From the NCBI GenBank assembly GCA_030167865.1, contig JALAGF010005857.1, forward strand, positions 186,001 through 214,158: 28,158 bases of DNA, read 5' to 3'. This document shows, in pieces, positions 1 through 9,764 of the stretch. The stretch comes from Craspedostauros australis. Lineage: Eukaryota. The notes under the pieces were generated by a model that worked only from the letters and a program-made list of their open reading frames with translations, was not told where the DNA came from and made no database searches. A program made the position numbers and the translations under genes. Each line of letters begins with the position of its first letter. The stretch's first letter is position 1.

Positions 1-290
1 TATTCTTGTTCCTGTGATCACTGCTCTTCCGAGGAGGTCGCGTGGTCAAAGTAGCATCGATGACGAATAGAGCGCATACCTCTTCTGCAGCGAGTAGATC
101 GTTCACTGTGGGAGTTTGCTTCTGCCCTGGGGCCATCCTCTACCACCCCAGAATGGCAAACAACATCTCCGAACAAGCAAGCATGTGTTGTATCCAAGCT
201 ACTGTACTATGCTCTTCTCGTAGGTGATTCTAATTTATCCAACTTTTGGGTATTTGTTTGTTTGCTTGTTTCTTTACTATTTATGTTTGT

Positions 291-1501
291 CTAGATCATA
301 CCAGCCTTGATGAGCTCGTCTCTTTCCTGGAGGATGGTCTTCTTGATTCCGCGTCCCTTTGGCAGTGAAACCTGTGGCTTGGTGCCGGTTCCGATAACGA
401 AAACGTTTCCGAGACGGGTGGCGAAGGAGTTACCCTTGGAATCCTTGATGGTGACGATAGAGAAGGAACCGTCGTGCTTCTCGATGTGCATGAGGGATCC
501 AACGCGTCCGGCGTTGTGTCCGCGGGTGATCATGACGAGGGCGCCCAATTCAAACTTGAGGATGTCAGACATCTTTCCTGTGCTGATATCGACCTTGACG
601 GTGTCGTTGACCTTGGCATCTGGATCAGGGTATCGGAGGGAGCGTCCGTCGTGTGTGACAGCGACAGGGATCTTGTTGGCGCTGACGTAAACCTTGTTGA
701 CGCGGCACAGCTTGTACTGGGCCTCCTCTCTCTCGATTCTGTGCAGAACGTAACGTCCCTTGGTGTCAAAGAGCAATCGGAATCGGTCGTTGGCCTTGTC
801 CAATTCAATGACATCCATGAAACCTGCTGGGTAGTTGTGGTCGGTGCGGACCTTGCCGTCGACCTTGACGCAGCGCTCCATGCAGATCTGCATGCACTCC
901 TTTCCTGTGAGGGCGTACTTAAGACGATCACGCAGGATGATGCTCATTGGGATGCACTCACGGAGCTTGTGTGGACCTGGGGATGGGCGTGGTGCCCAGA
1001 CACCTCCCATCTTTCCGAGGTTCCAGTGGCTTGGCGCCGAGAGGCGCTTCTGGTGCTTTCGTGGTCCGCGTGGCCTGTGTGCATCGGAACATGGTTGCAG
1101 AGCAGATGTTCAGCCAATCGATGTTGTTCATCGTGATCGTAGGTGTCGGGACGTCAACGCGATAACAAACAACAGCAACAACGGGCGTGGCGTTTGCGAG
1201 AACGGAACGGAAGAAGCGGAACAGGAAATAGCGTGAGCAAACATGGCCATGCTGGTGGAGCGTTTCGGTTGCGCACATCGAGTTGGGCAAGTTGCGCTGG
1301 CTTGACTGGTGGTCCTGCTGCTGTACGCCTCGTTGTCGACAACTTGAGGCCATCCAGCATGTTGTCTTGTTGCACTGCGCCCCCATTTGCTCCATCACAT
1401 CATCAATCCCCATCGTCATTCGAAGTCTCATTCTCATCGTCTCTTGCACGCCTGCATCCAACCGTGCATCAAGGGAGCATGATCGTTACCTCCACTCACA
1501 T
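291..1501 (-). CDS. RPS4: 40S ribosomal protein S4 (eS4), 261 aa; coding exons 1501-1500 and 1074-291
   Basis: The translation [41 protein letters not shown]...[20 protein letters not shown] is typical eS4. The ORF extends upstream of 1010 to an acceptor (cacAG at 1076-1075). The donor AT|GTGAGT at 1499 supplies the first two bases of the start codon. Confidence 0.96.
1075..1499 (-). other. spliceosomal intron (425 nt) splitting the RPS4 ATG
   Basis: GTGAGT donor and CACAG acceptor; splicing yields caaccAT|G CCA CGC GGA in frame with the eS4 ORF. Confidence 0.85.
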
Positions 1502-2022
1502 GGTTGATCTTGACTTCTTCCGACTGGTACGATGTGGAGTGTCCTGGTTGGGCTTTTTCTTGACGCGTTTTGGGCAACCTGACGATGGCGGTGCCTGTTG
1601 TTGCGAAGCGGTCGCAGATCCCTTCGTTGTTGTTGCTCTCTCTCACGCCTTCCACCAAAACCAACCACAACAGACGCCCCAATTGGCGAAAACAACACGC
1701 AAAATTAGGCACCGTCTGTCCGTCGACCATGTTTTAGTAGGACGGTAAAAATCCGCGCTGGTCGGCAACACGAGCAAAAAAGGGTGGACAACGACTCGTC
1801 GAAGTCCGTGTGTGTCGAGCCGTTCTGGACGCCGACATCGACATCACCAACCCCCTTTGCTTTGTTTCGTTGCGTCTGGTGTTGTTGGTTGCGCGTTGTT
1901 CTGCGGTGTTGCGGCACGACGATCCATCGCACAAAACAACAACCAAGCAACTTGCATCGTTTGCCTTGCCTTTTCCCCTCTCCCCCTCCCCCCTCTACCA
2001 CCAACAACCAACACTACATCAA
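1502..2022. promoter_or_regulatory. bidirectional promoter and 5'UTR region shared by RPS4 and RPS13
   Basis: About 520 nt lie between the divergent first exons. A pyrimidine tract (1969-1996) precedes the C/A-rich leader of RPS13. Transcription starts cannot be seen directly. Confidence 0.6.
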
Positions 2023-2762
2023 GTGAGTCGAGCCAGTGCTGCATTGCTTACGATGCGATCATGAAGTCACCAACGCCAACAGCCAGGCTGTGGATTGGTT
2101 GATGAATTGAGGCATCGGCGATGCAGGTTTGCTGCCTTCTGCACTATGACGATCACCCACACACGCACACACACACACAGCCAGCCTACCGATAATCAGC
2201 CAACCAAGCGAGCAGGCATGGACTCCATGCATCCACCCACACCGCAGTGGTGATGGAGTGACTTGCTCCTCGGGGCAACGCCACCATCATCAAGATCATG
2301 ATCCTGCAAGCCCATCAGACCACGTTCAGCAAAACATCAGCTCCGCATACAGCGCGGCTGAATTGTGGTTCATGCGATGAGCATCGGCTTCTGGTCGTTC
2401 ACCGCAACGCACCTCACCCCAATGCAAATGTGTTGGAGACGGGGTGGAGTTGTGCGTGCAATGAATGACATCATGACAGATGGTGGTGGTTGGGAAAGCT
2501 TGGTTGAGTGTGTGGCGGTGCTCGTCATGGCGCGCATCTGCAACATGAGGCTGCACGTGTTTGCGTTCCTGTGTTGTGGACTGTTTCCAGAGACGAGATC
2601 CATTGATCAAGTGGCTTTCAGTAGGAAGGAAAAGAAGAGTTGGAATCGGAATGCACGAATGCTAACCCTTGCCTTTCATCACCCAAACGTCCAACGACAC
2701 ACGCCCACACAAAACATCAAACTGGTCTGCCGTCCTGTTACACTATATTTGCTGCCAAACAG
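2023..2762 (+). other. probable 5'UTR intron of RPS13 (740 nt)
   Basis: Donor aa|GTGAGT at 2023, branch-like GCTAAC at 2661, and acceptor aacAG at 2761-2762, one base before the ATG. The spliced context is catcaa|aATG. Confidence 0.7.
2249..2473 (+). ncRNA. candidate structured intronic RNA (H/ACA-like)
   Basis: Hairpin 2249-2291 with an internal loop is followed by ANANNA (AGATCA, 2293-2298). Further hairpins lie at about 2318-2371 and 2404-2459, then an ACA at 2468. Folded by eye only. Confidence 0.3.
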
Positions 2763-2763
2763 A

Positions 2764-3219
2764 ATGGGTCGCATGCACGCACCAGGAAAGGGTATCTCCA
2801 AGAGTGCCCTCCCATACAAGCGCACACCACCATCATGGTTGAAGATCTCCGCCACCGACGTGGAGAAGGAGATCTGCAAGCTGGCCAAGAAGGGACTCAC
2901 CCCATCCCAGATCGGTGTCATCCTTCGTGACTCCCACGGTATCGCCCAGGTCAAGTCCGTCACAGGCCAGAAGGTTGTCCGCATCCTCAAGGCCAACGGA
3001 CTCGCCCCAGAGATCCCAGAGGACCTCTACATGCTCATCAAGAAGGCCGTCCAGGTCCGCAAGCATTTGGAGAAGAACCGCAAGGACAAGGACTCCAAGT
3101 TCCGTCTGATTCTCATCGAATCCAGAATCCACCGCCTCGCGCGTTACTACCGTACCACCCGTAAGCTTCCCGCTAACTGGAAGTACGAGTCCGCCACCGC
3201 CAGTACCCTTGTCGCCTAA
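2764..3219 (+). CDS. RPS13: 40S ribosomal protein S13 (uS15), 151 aa
   Basis: [18 protein letters not shown]...[16 protein letters not shown]...[23 protein letters not shown]...[13 protein letters not shown]. The true start is the ATG at 2764, not the ORF-track start at 2365. Confidence 0.98.
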   Translation: MGRMHAPGKGISKSALPYKRTPPSWLKISATDVEKEICKLAKKGLTPSQIGVILRDSHGIAQVKSVTGQKVVRILKANGLAPEIPEDLYMLIKKAVQVRKHLEKNRKDKDSKFRLILIESRIHRLARYYRTTRKLPANWKYESATASTLVA

Positions 3220-3704
3220 GTGTGCGGTACGGCAATGAAACAAACAAACGAAAGCAAAGACGAGCAAGCGGAAGCATGTGCGGCGATGGTCTCAATCTGT
3301 CGGGGGGTGAATGGTAGCAATACTAAAACTCTAGTCATGACTTGCAATGCTCCGTATAATAGTTAAAAGGGGAACATGTACGACTATAATACCACTTCGG
3401 TTACAGCGAATCAAATCAAATGAACTGTTCCACCCTTGTGCCTTGTTTGGATGGTGCTGCACCATGGAACACTCCTCGTCGAGTGATGACATCGAGAGGT
3501 GATGCTGGTTTTTGTGGAGCGCGGGTGCTCATTCGCATAGTCGTAACCAGGCCGTACTCATGACAAGGAACGAAGCCAAGTGTTCCGCAAACACCAATCG
3601 GAGGCGCTCCAACTCACAACCAAACTTCAACCAACCATCGGCAACGACTGACAACTGACTGAGCCATCGCAGCAACACCCTGTCCATCATTCTGCCACCG
3701 CACA

Positions 3705-5756
3705 ATGCAGGAAGAGACAGCACAAGCTGCTTCGGCAGGAACCACAAGCACAGATACGGTTACTAATACATCGCCCCTTCACGACGTTGCGGTGGTGAAG
3801 AAGACAGTGGGACGATGTGTGCTGCAGGCGCTCGATCGGTTTCTGGGTGGCAATAACGATTGGGAGGCGGACAGGACAGAGGCGTTGCCAAAGATCATCG
3901 ACAAGTCCATCAGCTTCACCACCAAGAATCCATCGGATCCGGAAGGCACACCGCATGATGTCGAGGTGCGCATTTGCACGACCATCTTCCACAGACTGAA
4001 GCGAAGGCGAGGTCATCAACATCAACATCCTCGTACTCCTGTACCAGAGCAGGCGCAGCCGCAGCCGCAAGGTGAAAGCTGTGACAATGCCAACAGTGGC
4101 AACAACGACAATGACAATGATCGCAACACGAACGAAGATGACGCCAAGGCCACGAAAAGAAGGAGACGGAGGAAGAACAAGGGCAATGGCAATGGCAATG
4201 GCAACAACGAGGGAGGTGCTGGGACGGCAAACGCCAATGATCAGCAACAGAAGCAGCAGCAGCAACAACAACAACAAATCTACACACTGTCTGACTTGGG
4301 TTTGCGACGCACCTTGTCATCGCCGAGGCAGTTCAGCGAGCTATTTGCTGTCCATTTGGAGGAGCTGCTGCACGATGAGGCCATCGCGAATGATGTGCGT
4401 TGCTATCCATCCGGCATTATCTTCATCGTCACCAACTACCGGGCCCAGGTCTTGCGGAATGCCGACAAACTGCCATGCCCGTACTGCACCAAGTGGTGCA
4501 AGGGCAGCAAGGGGTTATGGTGGCACCAGCAGCGTGCGCACAGCCTCGAACATTCCGATGCATCATCCAATGCGGCATCGATCGGGAATCATGGTTTGGC
4601 AATGATTCCGTACACCCCGCAGTCCACGCTGGACCAGTTCATGGTGCCAACCGGTCCCGGCACGAGCGATGATCCGCCAAACAACGACGGCGCCCAAACC
4701 AATGCACCAACGCCACAGCGACGCAAGCAAATAAAGGATCCTTTCGAATGTGTCCGCGACGGTGACATGACGACGTTGCAGTATCACATTCATCACAACA
4801 ACTTCGATCCTGCCAGCGAAAAGGATCGCAATGGTTCCTACCTCATGCACTGGGCAGCGGGGTGCGGAGAATTAGAGATTCTGAAATACCTCATCGCCAC
4901 GTGCGGTTGCGATGCGGAGCAACCCCAGCATGGCAAACGGTCCTTCGTGGGACGCACCCCGTTGCATTGGTCCGCACGTAACGGGCATTTGGACATCGTG
5001 CGGTACCTCATCACGGATTGCAAGGTGAACCTGGAGAAGCTGACCATCGATGGCACCAGCGCCTTTTGCTGGGCGGCCTGGCAAGGCCATCTGGACGTCC
5101 TGCGCTTGCTGCTGGAACATGGATGCGATGTCCAATCCACGAACAAGTTCGGTTGCAACGCCGCACTTTGGTGCGCGCAAGGCGTCGGCGGCGTGGATTG
5201 TCTGCGGTGGCTGCATTCGGTCGGCGTGGATCTGGCGACCGTCAACAACAACGGGCATTCCATCCTTCACAAGTGCGCGCAGCGTGGTCACATGGACGTG
5301 CTTCTTTGGTACGTTGAAACGGTGCTGCATCGGCAACCCGCTGGGAAGGCATTGCAACTGGTGGGTCCGGATTCCGAGGGACAATGCCCATCCGATTTGG
5401 CGGGAGTTGAAGGGCATGTCGAGGTTGGGAAGGCTGCGGCCGATATGGAAATGGCCCTCGCACAAAAGGCTCACGACGAGCTGCGGCAACTGGAACAAGC
5501 GGATGGACATGCAGATGATGATGATGATGATGATGATAATGGTGGTACACACGATGTTGGCCAACGGGCGAATAGAGGCGACGAGAAATCCAATGACAAA
5601 TCCACGGGAGACAAGCACCTGGAGATATTAGCTCAGGCTCTCAGCATTCCAACATGGCTGCTGCAACCTGTCAGCTACCCAGACGTTGACTCCTTCAAGA
5701 AGGATATCTACAGGTGGGAGCCATACGCTGGGGTGAATCGCATGAGGTTGAGGTAG
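3705..5756 (+). CDS. ankyrin-repeat protein with a C2H2 zinc finger, 683 aa
   Basis: CPYCTKWCKGSKGLWWHQQRAH (4476-4541) plus about six ankyrin repeats (e.g. GRTPLHWSARNGHLDIVRYLI, about 4830-5430), with N/Q/D low-complexity inserts. Confidence 0.88.
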   Translation: MQEETAQAASAGTTSTDTVTNTSPLHDVAVVKKTVGRCVLQALDRFLGGNNDWEADRTEALPKIIDKSISFTTKNPSDPEGTPHDVEVRICTTIFHRLKRRRGHQHQHPRTPVPEQAQPQPQGESCDNANSGNNDNDNDRNTNEDDAKATKRRRRRKNKGNGNGNGNNEGGAGTANANDQQQKQQQQQQQQIYTLSDLGLRRTLSSPRQFSELFAVHLEELLHDEAIANDVRCYPSGIIFIVTNYRAQVLRNADKLPCPYCTKWCKGSKGLWWHQQRAHSLEHSDASSNAASIGNHGLAMIPYTPQSTLDQFMVPTGPGTSDDPPNNDGAQTNAPTPQRRKQIKDPFECVRDGDMTTLQYHIHHNNFDPASEKDRNGSYLMHWAAGCGELEILKYLIATCGCDAEQPQHGKRSFVGRTPLHWSARNGHLDIVRYLITDCKVNLEKLTIDGTSAFCWAAWQGHLDVLRLLLEHGCDVQSTNKFGCNAALWCAQGVGGVDCLRWLHSVGVDLATVNNNGHSILHKCAQRGHMDVLLWYVETVLHRQPAGKALQLVGPDSEGQCPSDLAGVEGHVEVGKAAADMEMALAQKAHDELRQLEQADGHADDDDDDDDNGGTHDVGQRANRGDEKSNDKSTGDKHLEILAQALSIPTWLLQPVSYPDVDSFKKDIYRWEPYAGVNRMRLR

Positions 5757-6219
5757 AAATAGCCAACAGTCACGACGATGCACCAAGCATGCTTGAAACA
5801 AGCGTGCGTGTGGACATGCAGCCTGCGATGGATCGATTCGAGGAGACTAAAGGTGATGCAGAGTAGCTTTCCAATACTGTGCCCATGCGCACCCTGTTTC
5901 CTCCACGTCTCTCTCTAGATCGTATCCATAGCCTATGGATCGACTCATCGGACCAATCAGATACGCACTTCAAAGTCAATCAACCTTCTCTGCCATCAAC
6001 AAATTCTTTGGACATCAACAACGATGGCGGCAACAACCATCCCTCGAGGTGGATCTTGGCTGAGACATCAACTCCTTGCCCAAAGCACAATCGCGAGCAT
6101 CGCAAGTACCACACACAACAGGATACCGCCGCAGAGCCATTCCTGGATTGAGCCCCTCTTCTGTTCATTTCTGACAGTACTCCAACAACGATAATACCAC
6201 AGAGGCAACCACAGAGGCA

Positions 6220-7846
6220 ATGAACATGAGATTATGCTGCGTCGCTTGGATGTTGGCCATCCAATCCGCGGACGCGTTCAGCGGACTTGACATCAATAGC
6301 AGCAACGGCAGAGCATCCTCATCTTTTCGCATCGATGCTTCCGAATCAAGAACAATGATGCCACGGCTGGATATCCAAAGCAATAGCCGCCACCGACCAG
6401 TGCTGTGGGTGGCAAGCATGGACACGGAGGAATCCCAAAGCAAAATTAACAAACAGAAGAGAGACGATGCCAGTGGTGACAGCAATGGCAGTAATGATCA
6501 TGCAGTTGGTGAAGTTCCGTACTCGATCAGCCGCGGAGATGGATCTGAGGGCGGAGGTGGGCTCCCGATGCCAAAATCGCTGGCGGCGAACGTGGTGTCA
6601 GACGCAGATGCAGAAGCACATGCAGACACAGAATTGGTCCGTCCCAAAGTTGGTGCGGAAATGCCAAAGGGGCGTCCATCCTGGTTCCGCGTTCCGGCAC
6701 CATCGCAATTGGAACAATCGCGATACGCCAAAGTGAAGGAATCCCTTTCAGGTTTGAGCTTGAACACGGTGTGCGAAGAGGCGCAGTGCCCCAACATTGG
6801 CGAATGCTGGAATGGCGGCACCGGCACCATCATGTTGCTGGGAGATACCTGCACACGAGGGTGCATGTTCTGCGCCGTGAACACCGATTCCAAACCGCCG
6901 CCGCCGGATCCATTCGAACCCTTCAAGACGGCCGAGGCTGTCATCGAGTGGGGCGTGGATTACATCGTCCTCACCAGCGTCGATCGCGATGACATCCCCG
7001 ATGGCGGGGCGCAGCATTTCGCCCACACGGTGGAATTGATGAAGAACAAGAAACCGGAACTGCTGGTGGAGTGCCTGGTGTCGGACTTTCAGGGCGACCT
7101 CAAGGCCGTGGAGACCTTGGCATTTTCGGGCCTGGATGTGTATGCGCACAACGTCGAAACGGTGGAGCGATTGCAAAAGGTGAGTTCAATGCGCTGGTTA
7201 TGTATGTACTATGCTACGGTGCTGGTACAAGTGCAAGTGCGGCATTGTTTCATGCAGCATTTGAGGGCGTGTGCACCAGCTGTACCAACCAAACCCAAAA
7301 CACTCAAATCTGGTCCCCCCTGCAATCGCATGCAATTGAATTCGACTGCAATTTCATTCACTTGATTCCAATTCATCATCATCGTCATCATCATTACGAC
7401 CCCCCGCCACCTTTCGCCCTTAGTTCGTCCGCGATCCCCGAGCTGGATACCAGCAGAGCCTGTCCACGCTGGAGCATGCCAAGAAAGCCAACCCTGAGCT
7501 GTACACCAAAACAAGCATCATGCTGGGACTTGGCGAGACGGAAGACGAGGTGCGACGAACCATGCAGGATCTGCGCGACATCGATGTGGACGTCGTGACC
7601 TTCGGGCAGTACCTCCGACCGACGGAGCACCATCTGTCCATCGTTGAGTACATCAAACCGGAGGTTTTTGATCATTATCGCGAGGTGGGCGAGAGCATGG
7701 GTTTCAAGTACGTGGCGAGCGGGCCGATGGTGCGAAGTTCCTACAAGGCCGGTGAATTCTATCTCGAGCACATGCTGAAGGCGGAGCGAAAGAAGAAGGA
7801 ACAGGAACAGCAAGAGCAAGAAGCGAGCAAACAGGCACAGCCTTGA
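6220..7846 (+). CDS. lipA: lipoyl synthase (radical SAM), probably plastid-targeted, 460 aa; exons 6220-7179 and 7424-7846
   Basis: Motifs [12 protein letters not shown] (CX4CX5C), CTRGCMFC (CX3CX2C), [15 protein letters not shown] and GPMVRSSY. The phase-0 intron 7180-7423 (GTGAGT...TAG) joins [14 protein letters not shown]. The N-terminal signal peptide ends ADA-FSG. Confidence 0.95.
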
Positions 7847-8010
7847 ACATCTGCTCCATCACAATGCTCGTACTTACCACGCTCGTACATGAATGGGATG
7901 TTCCATTCAGATCAAACGCGATGATATTTTCCTGATGCCGACGTGCCAGTACTAGCAAGCTATGATGAACAAAGAGTGGATACTCTACCCCATTTAATGT
8001 GTAAGGCTCT

Positions 8011-8034
8011 AGAGAGAGAGAGAGAGAGAGAGAG
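8011..8034 (+). repeat. (AG)12 microsatellite followed by AATAAA (8036-8041)
   Basis: Read directly; it lies between the convergent 3' ends of lipA and ADA. Confidence 0.9.
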
Positions 8035-8224
8035 GAATAAAACTATGTTTGGCAGTGTGAGCAACGGAGTACTTCATTGAATTCGTATTTATATCGTGGT
8101 GTGTTGTGCTGCCGTGAAACCCACCAGTGAGACAACCAAAAATCGAAGAAAGAGAGAGATGAAGGAAAACAACAGTCTGCATAAACCACTGCCTATTCGA
8201 TCATGTATTTCTGCCGTCCAAGTT

Positions 8225-9764
8225 TTAACCGGATGCCGGCATTGCCACCATCCTCCGCAGTCGATCCTTCTCATCTTCCGGGATGAACGCTGCGTCGATG
8301 GCATGTCTCACCGACTGGAGGATGTCGTCGCGACTCCACTTCATCTCCTTCGCTGCAATGTGATACTGAGACTCCAACGTCGTGTCAAATACGGAGGGAT
8401 CGTCCGAGCTGATGGAGAGAGGGAAGCCTGCATCTCGCAGTTCGGTTGCGGGATGGTTGATCCACTGGTCGGATTCATCCCACGCGCCCGTCTGCACGCT
8501 CGAGGTGGGACATATCTCAAAATGCACTTGCGATGGCTGCTGCTGTCGAATGCGCTGCAGCAGTTCTGGTTGATCCGCGATTTGATAGCCATGTCCGATC
8601 CTTTGCGCACCATAACGTTCGACGGCCTTGCAAACATTCTCTGCAGATCCGGGCGTTTCTCCCGCATGGATGGTGATGTTGATATCGAGCTCCTTCGCAC
8701 GACGGCACATGTCGAAATGACCTTTATGGATGGGTGAGTTTGGATGGAAATGATCCTCGCCTGCTGCAACATCCACGCCAACCACGGCGCAAGGGGAATC
8801 ATGACGGAGTTCGTGCGCCATCTCCACGACCTCCTGTGACCATTCTGGTCGGAAGTTGATGGCGCACAGGATCTGATTGACGGTGACATCATGGGCCGCA
8901 CATCCCTTCCGAAGACCACGGGTGATGGCTGCGTGCGCACCACGCGCATCGGTGGCAGAGAATGTGTGCGGGGAGTACCGCACCTCGGTGTAGACGACGT
9001 TCTGCTCCTTCTGCTTCCGCACAAACGCGTGGGCGAGCTTTTCGAGGAGTTCAAAGTTGTCATTGACCAACGGCAGAAAGACTTCGAAGCACTCCAGCAT
9101 TTGAAGCAAGCTTGGCTTGTCGTTGCTGTTGTCGTCGGTCTTGGCGTCCTGGATATCAGCGTTTGTTTCTTGCGTTGATGCGCTCTGCTTGTTTTTATTG
9201 GGCCGTCGTTCTTTGGTGCAAATGCACAGATCCCGAAAATCATCCTCCGTTTTGCACGCTGCAACCAGGGATCTGAAATGAATGGTGCCAATGTCGGTGT
9301 CAGTATCCGCGTTGACGATGATTTTGAGATTGGATGCACCAGATTGGATGCCACAGATTGGATGCAATAAAGGTGTTGAATGATATAGTAAACGCCATAA
9401 ATCTGGCTTACCTGAGCTTCATGGGAGGATCGCTTTGATCAAGCCACGGCAGGTGCTTCTGAACTGGCAGGCACTGCAGGAGATGGTCATTGTCCTGCAG
9501 ATGCTTCCACAACTGATTCCAATCGAAGGATCCATCGAGATGGACGTGGAGCTCAACCTTTGGAAGTTCCTTGATGAACTTCCAGATGTCACCATCATCG
9601 TCGTTGTCGTTCTTGCGACTGTTGTGAATTGCTTCTGCTTCTGTGGTGGTTGTGGTGGTGGTGGTATCTTTTGGTCTTCTGCCTGGCGAGGTGACGTCGT
9701 TACGGTCATTCTGCGCCGCATCGTCACCAAGGCAAACTGTGCTGTTGGGACTCAAGTCTCTCAT
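8225..9764 (-). CDS. ADA: adenosine deaminase family protein; exons 9764-9412 and 9272-8225
   Basis: Motifs LPKVELHVHLDGS, YTEVRYSPH, HAGE, RIGHG, EICPTSS and SSDDP. The phase-2 intron 9411-9273 (GTAAGC...TTTCAG) joins MKLR|SLVAAC. The start codon is less certain. Confidence 0.92.
9327..9368. repeat. 3 x 14-bp tandem repeat (AGATTGGATGCxxx) in the ADA intron
   Basis: agattggatgcacc / agattggatgccac / agattggatgcaat. Confidence 0.9.

Noticed and set aside
1..290. Short ORFs at the window start (42..227, and a frame ending at TAG 68-70)
   Set aside because: No recognisable protein; the region fits the RPS4 3'UTR or intergenic DNA.
2099..2150. TGATGA followed by TGCTGCCTTC (complementary to 18S GAAGGCAGCA) as a C/D snoRNA such as U14
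   Set aside because: Only 10 nt of complementarity, no correctly placed CTGA D box, and no U14 domain A/B sequences.
2661..2670. CTAACCCT as a telomerase RNA template or telo-box
   Set aside because: More simply explained as the intron branch point (GCTAAC); too short to support more.
2365..2763. 133-aa N-terminal extension of RPS13 in the ORF track
   Set aside because: It starts at GTG, lies in a probable intron with a branch point and acceptor, and canonical uS15 begins MGRMH at 2764.
3483..3662. GTGATGA ... CTGA as a C/D snoRNA between RPS13 and the ankyrin gene
   Set aside because: The boxes are about 170 nt apart, with no terminal stem or rRNA-antisense guide found.
7180..7365. C-terminal 61 aa of ORF 6220..7365
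   Set aside because: Read-through into the lipA intron; the conserved sequence resumes at 7424.
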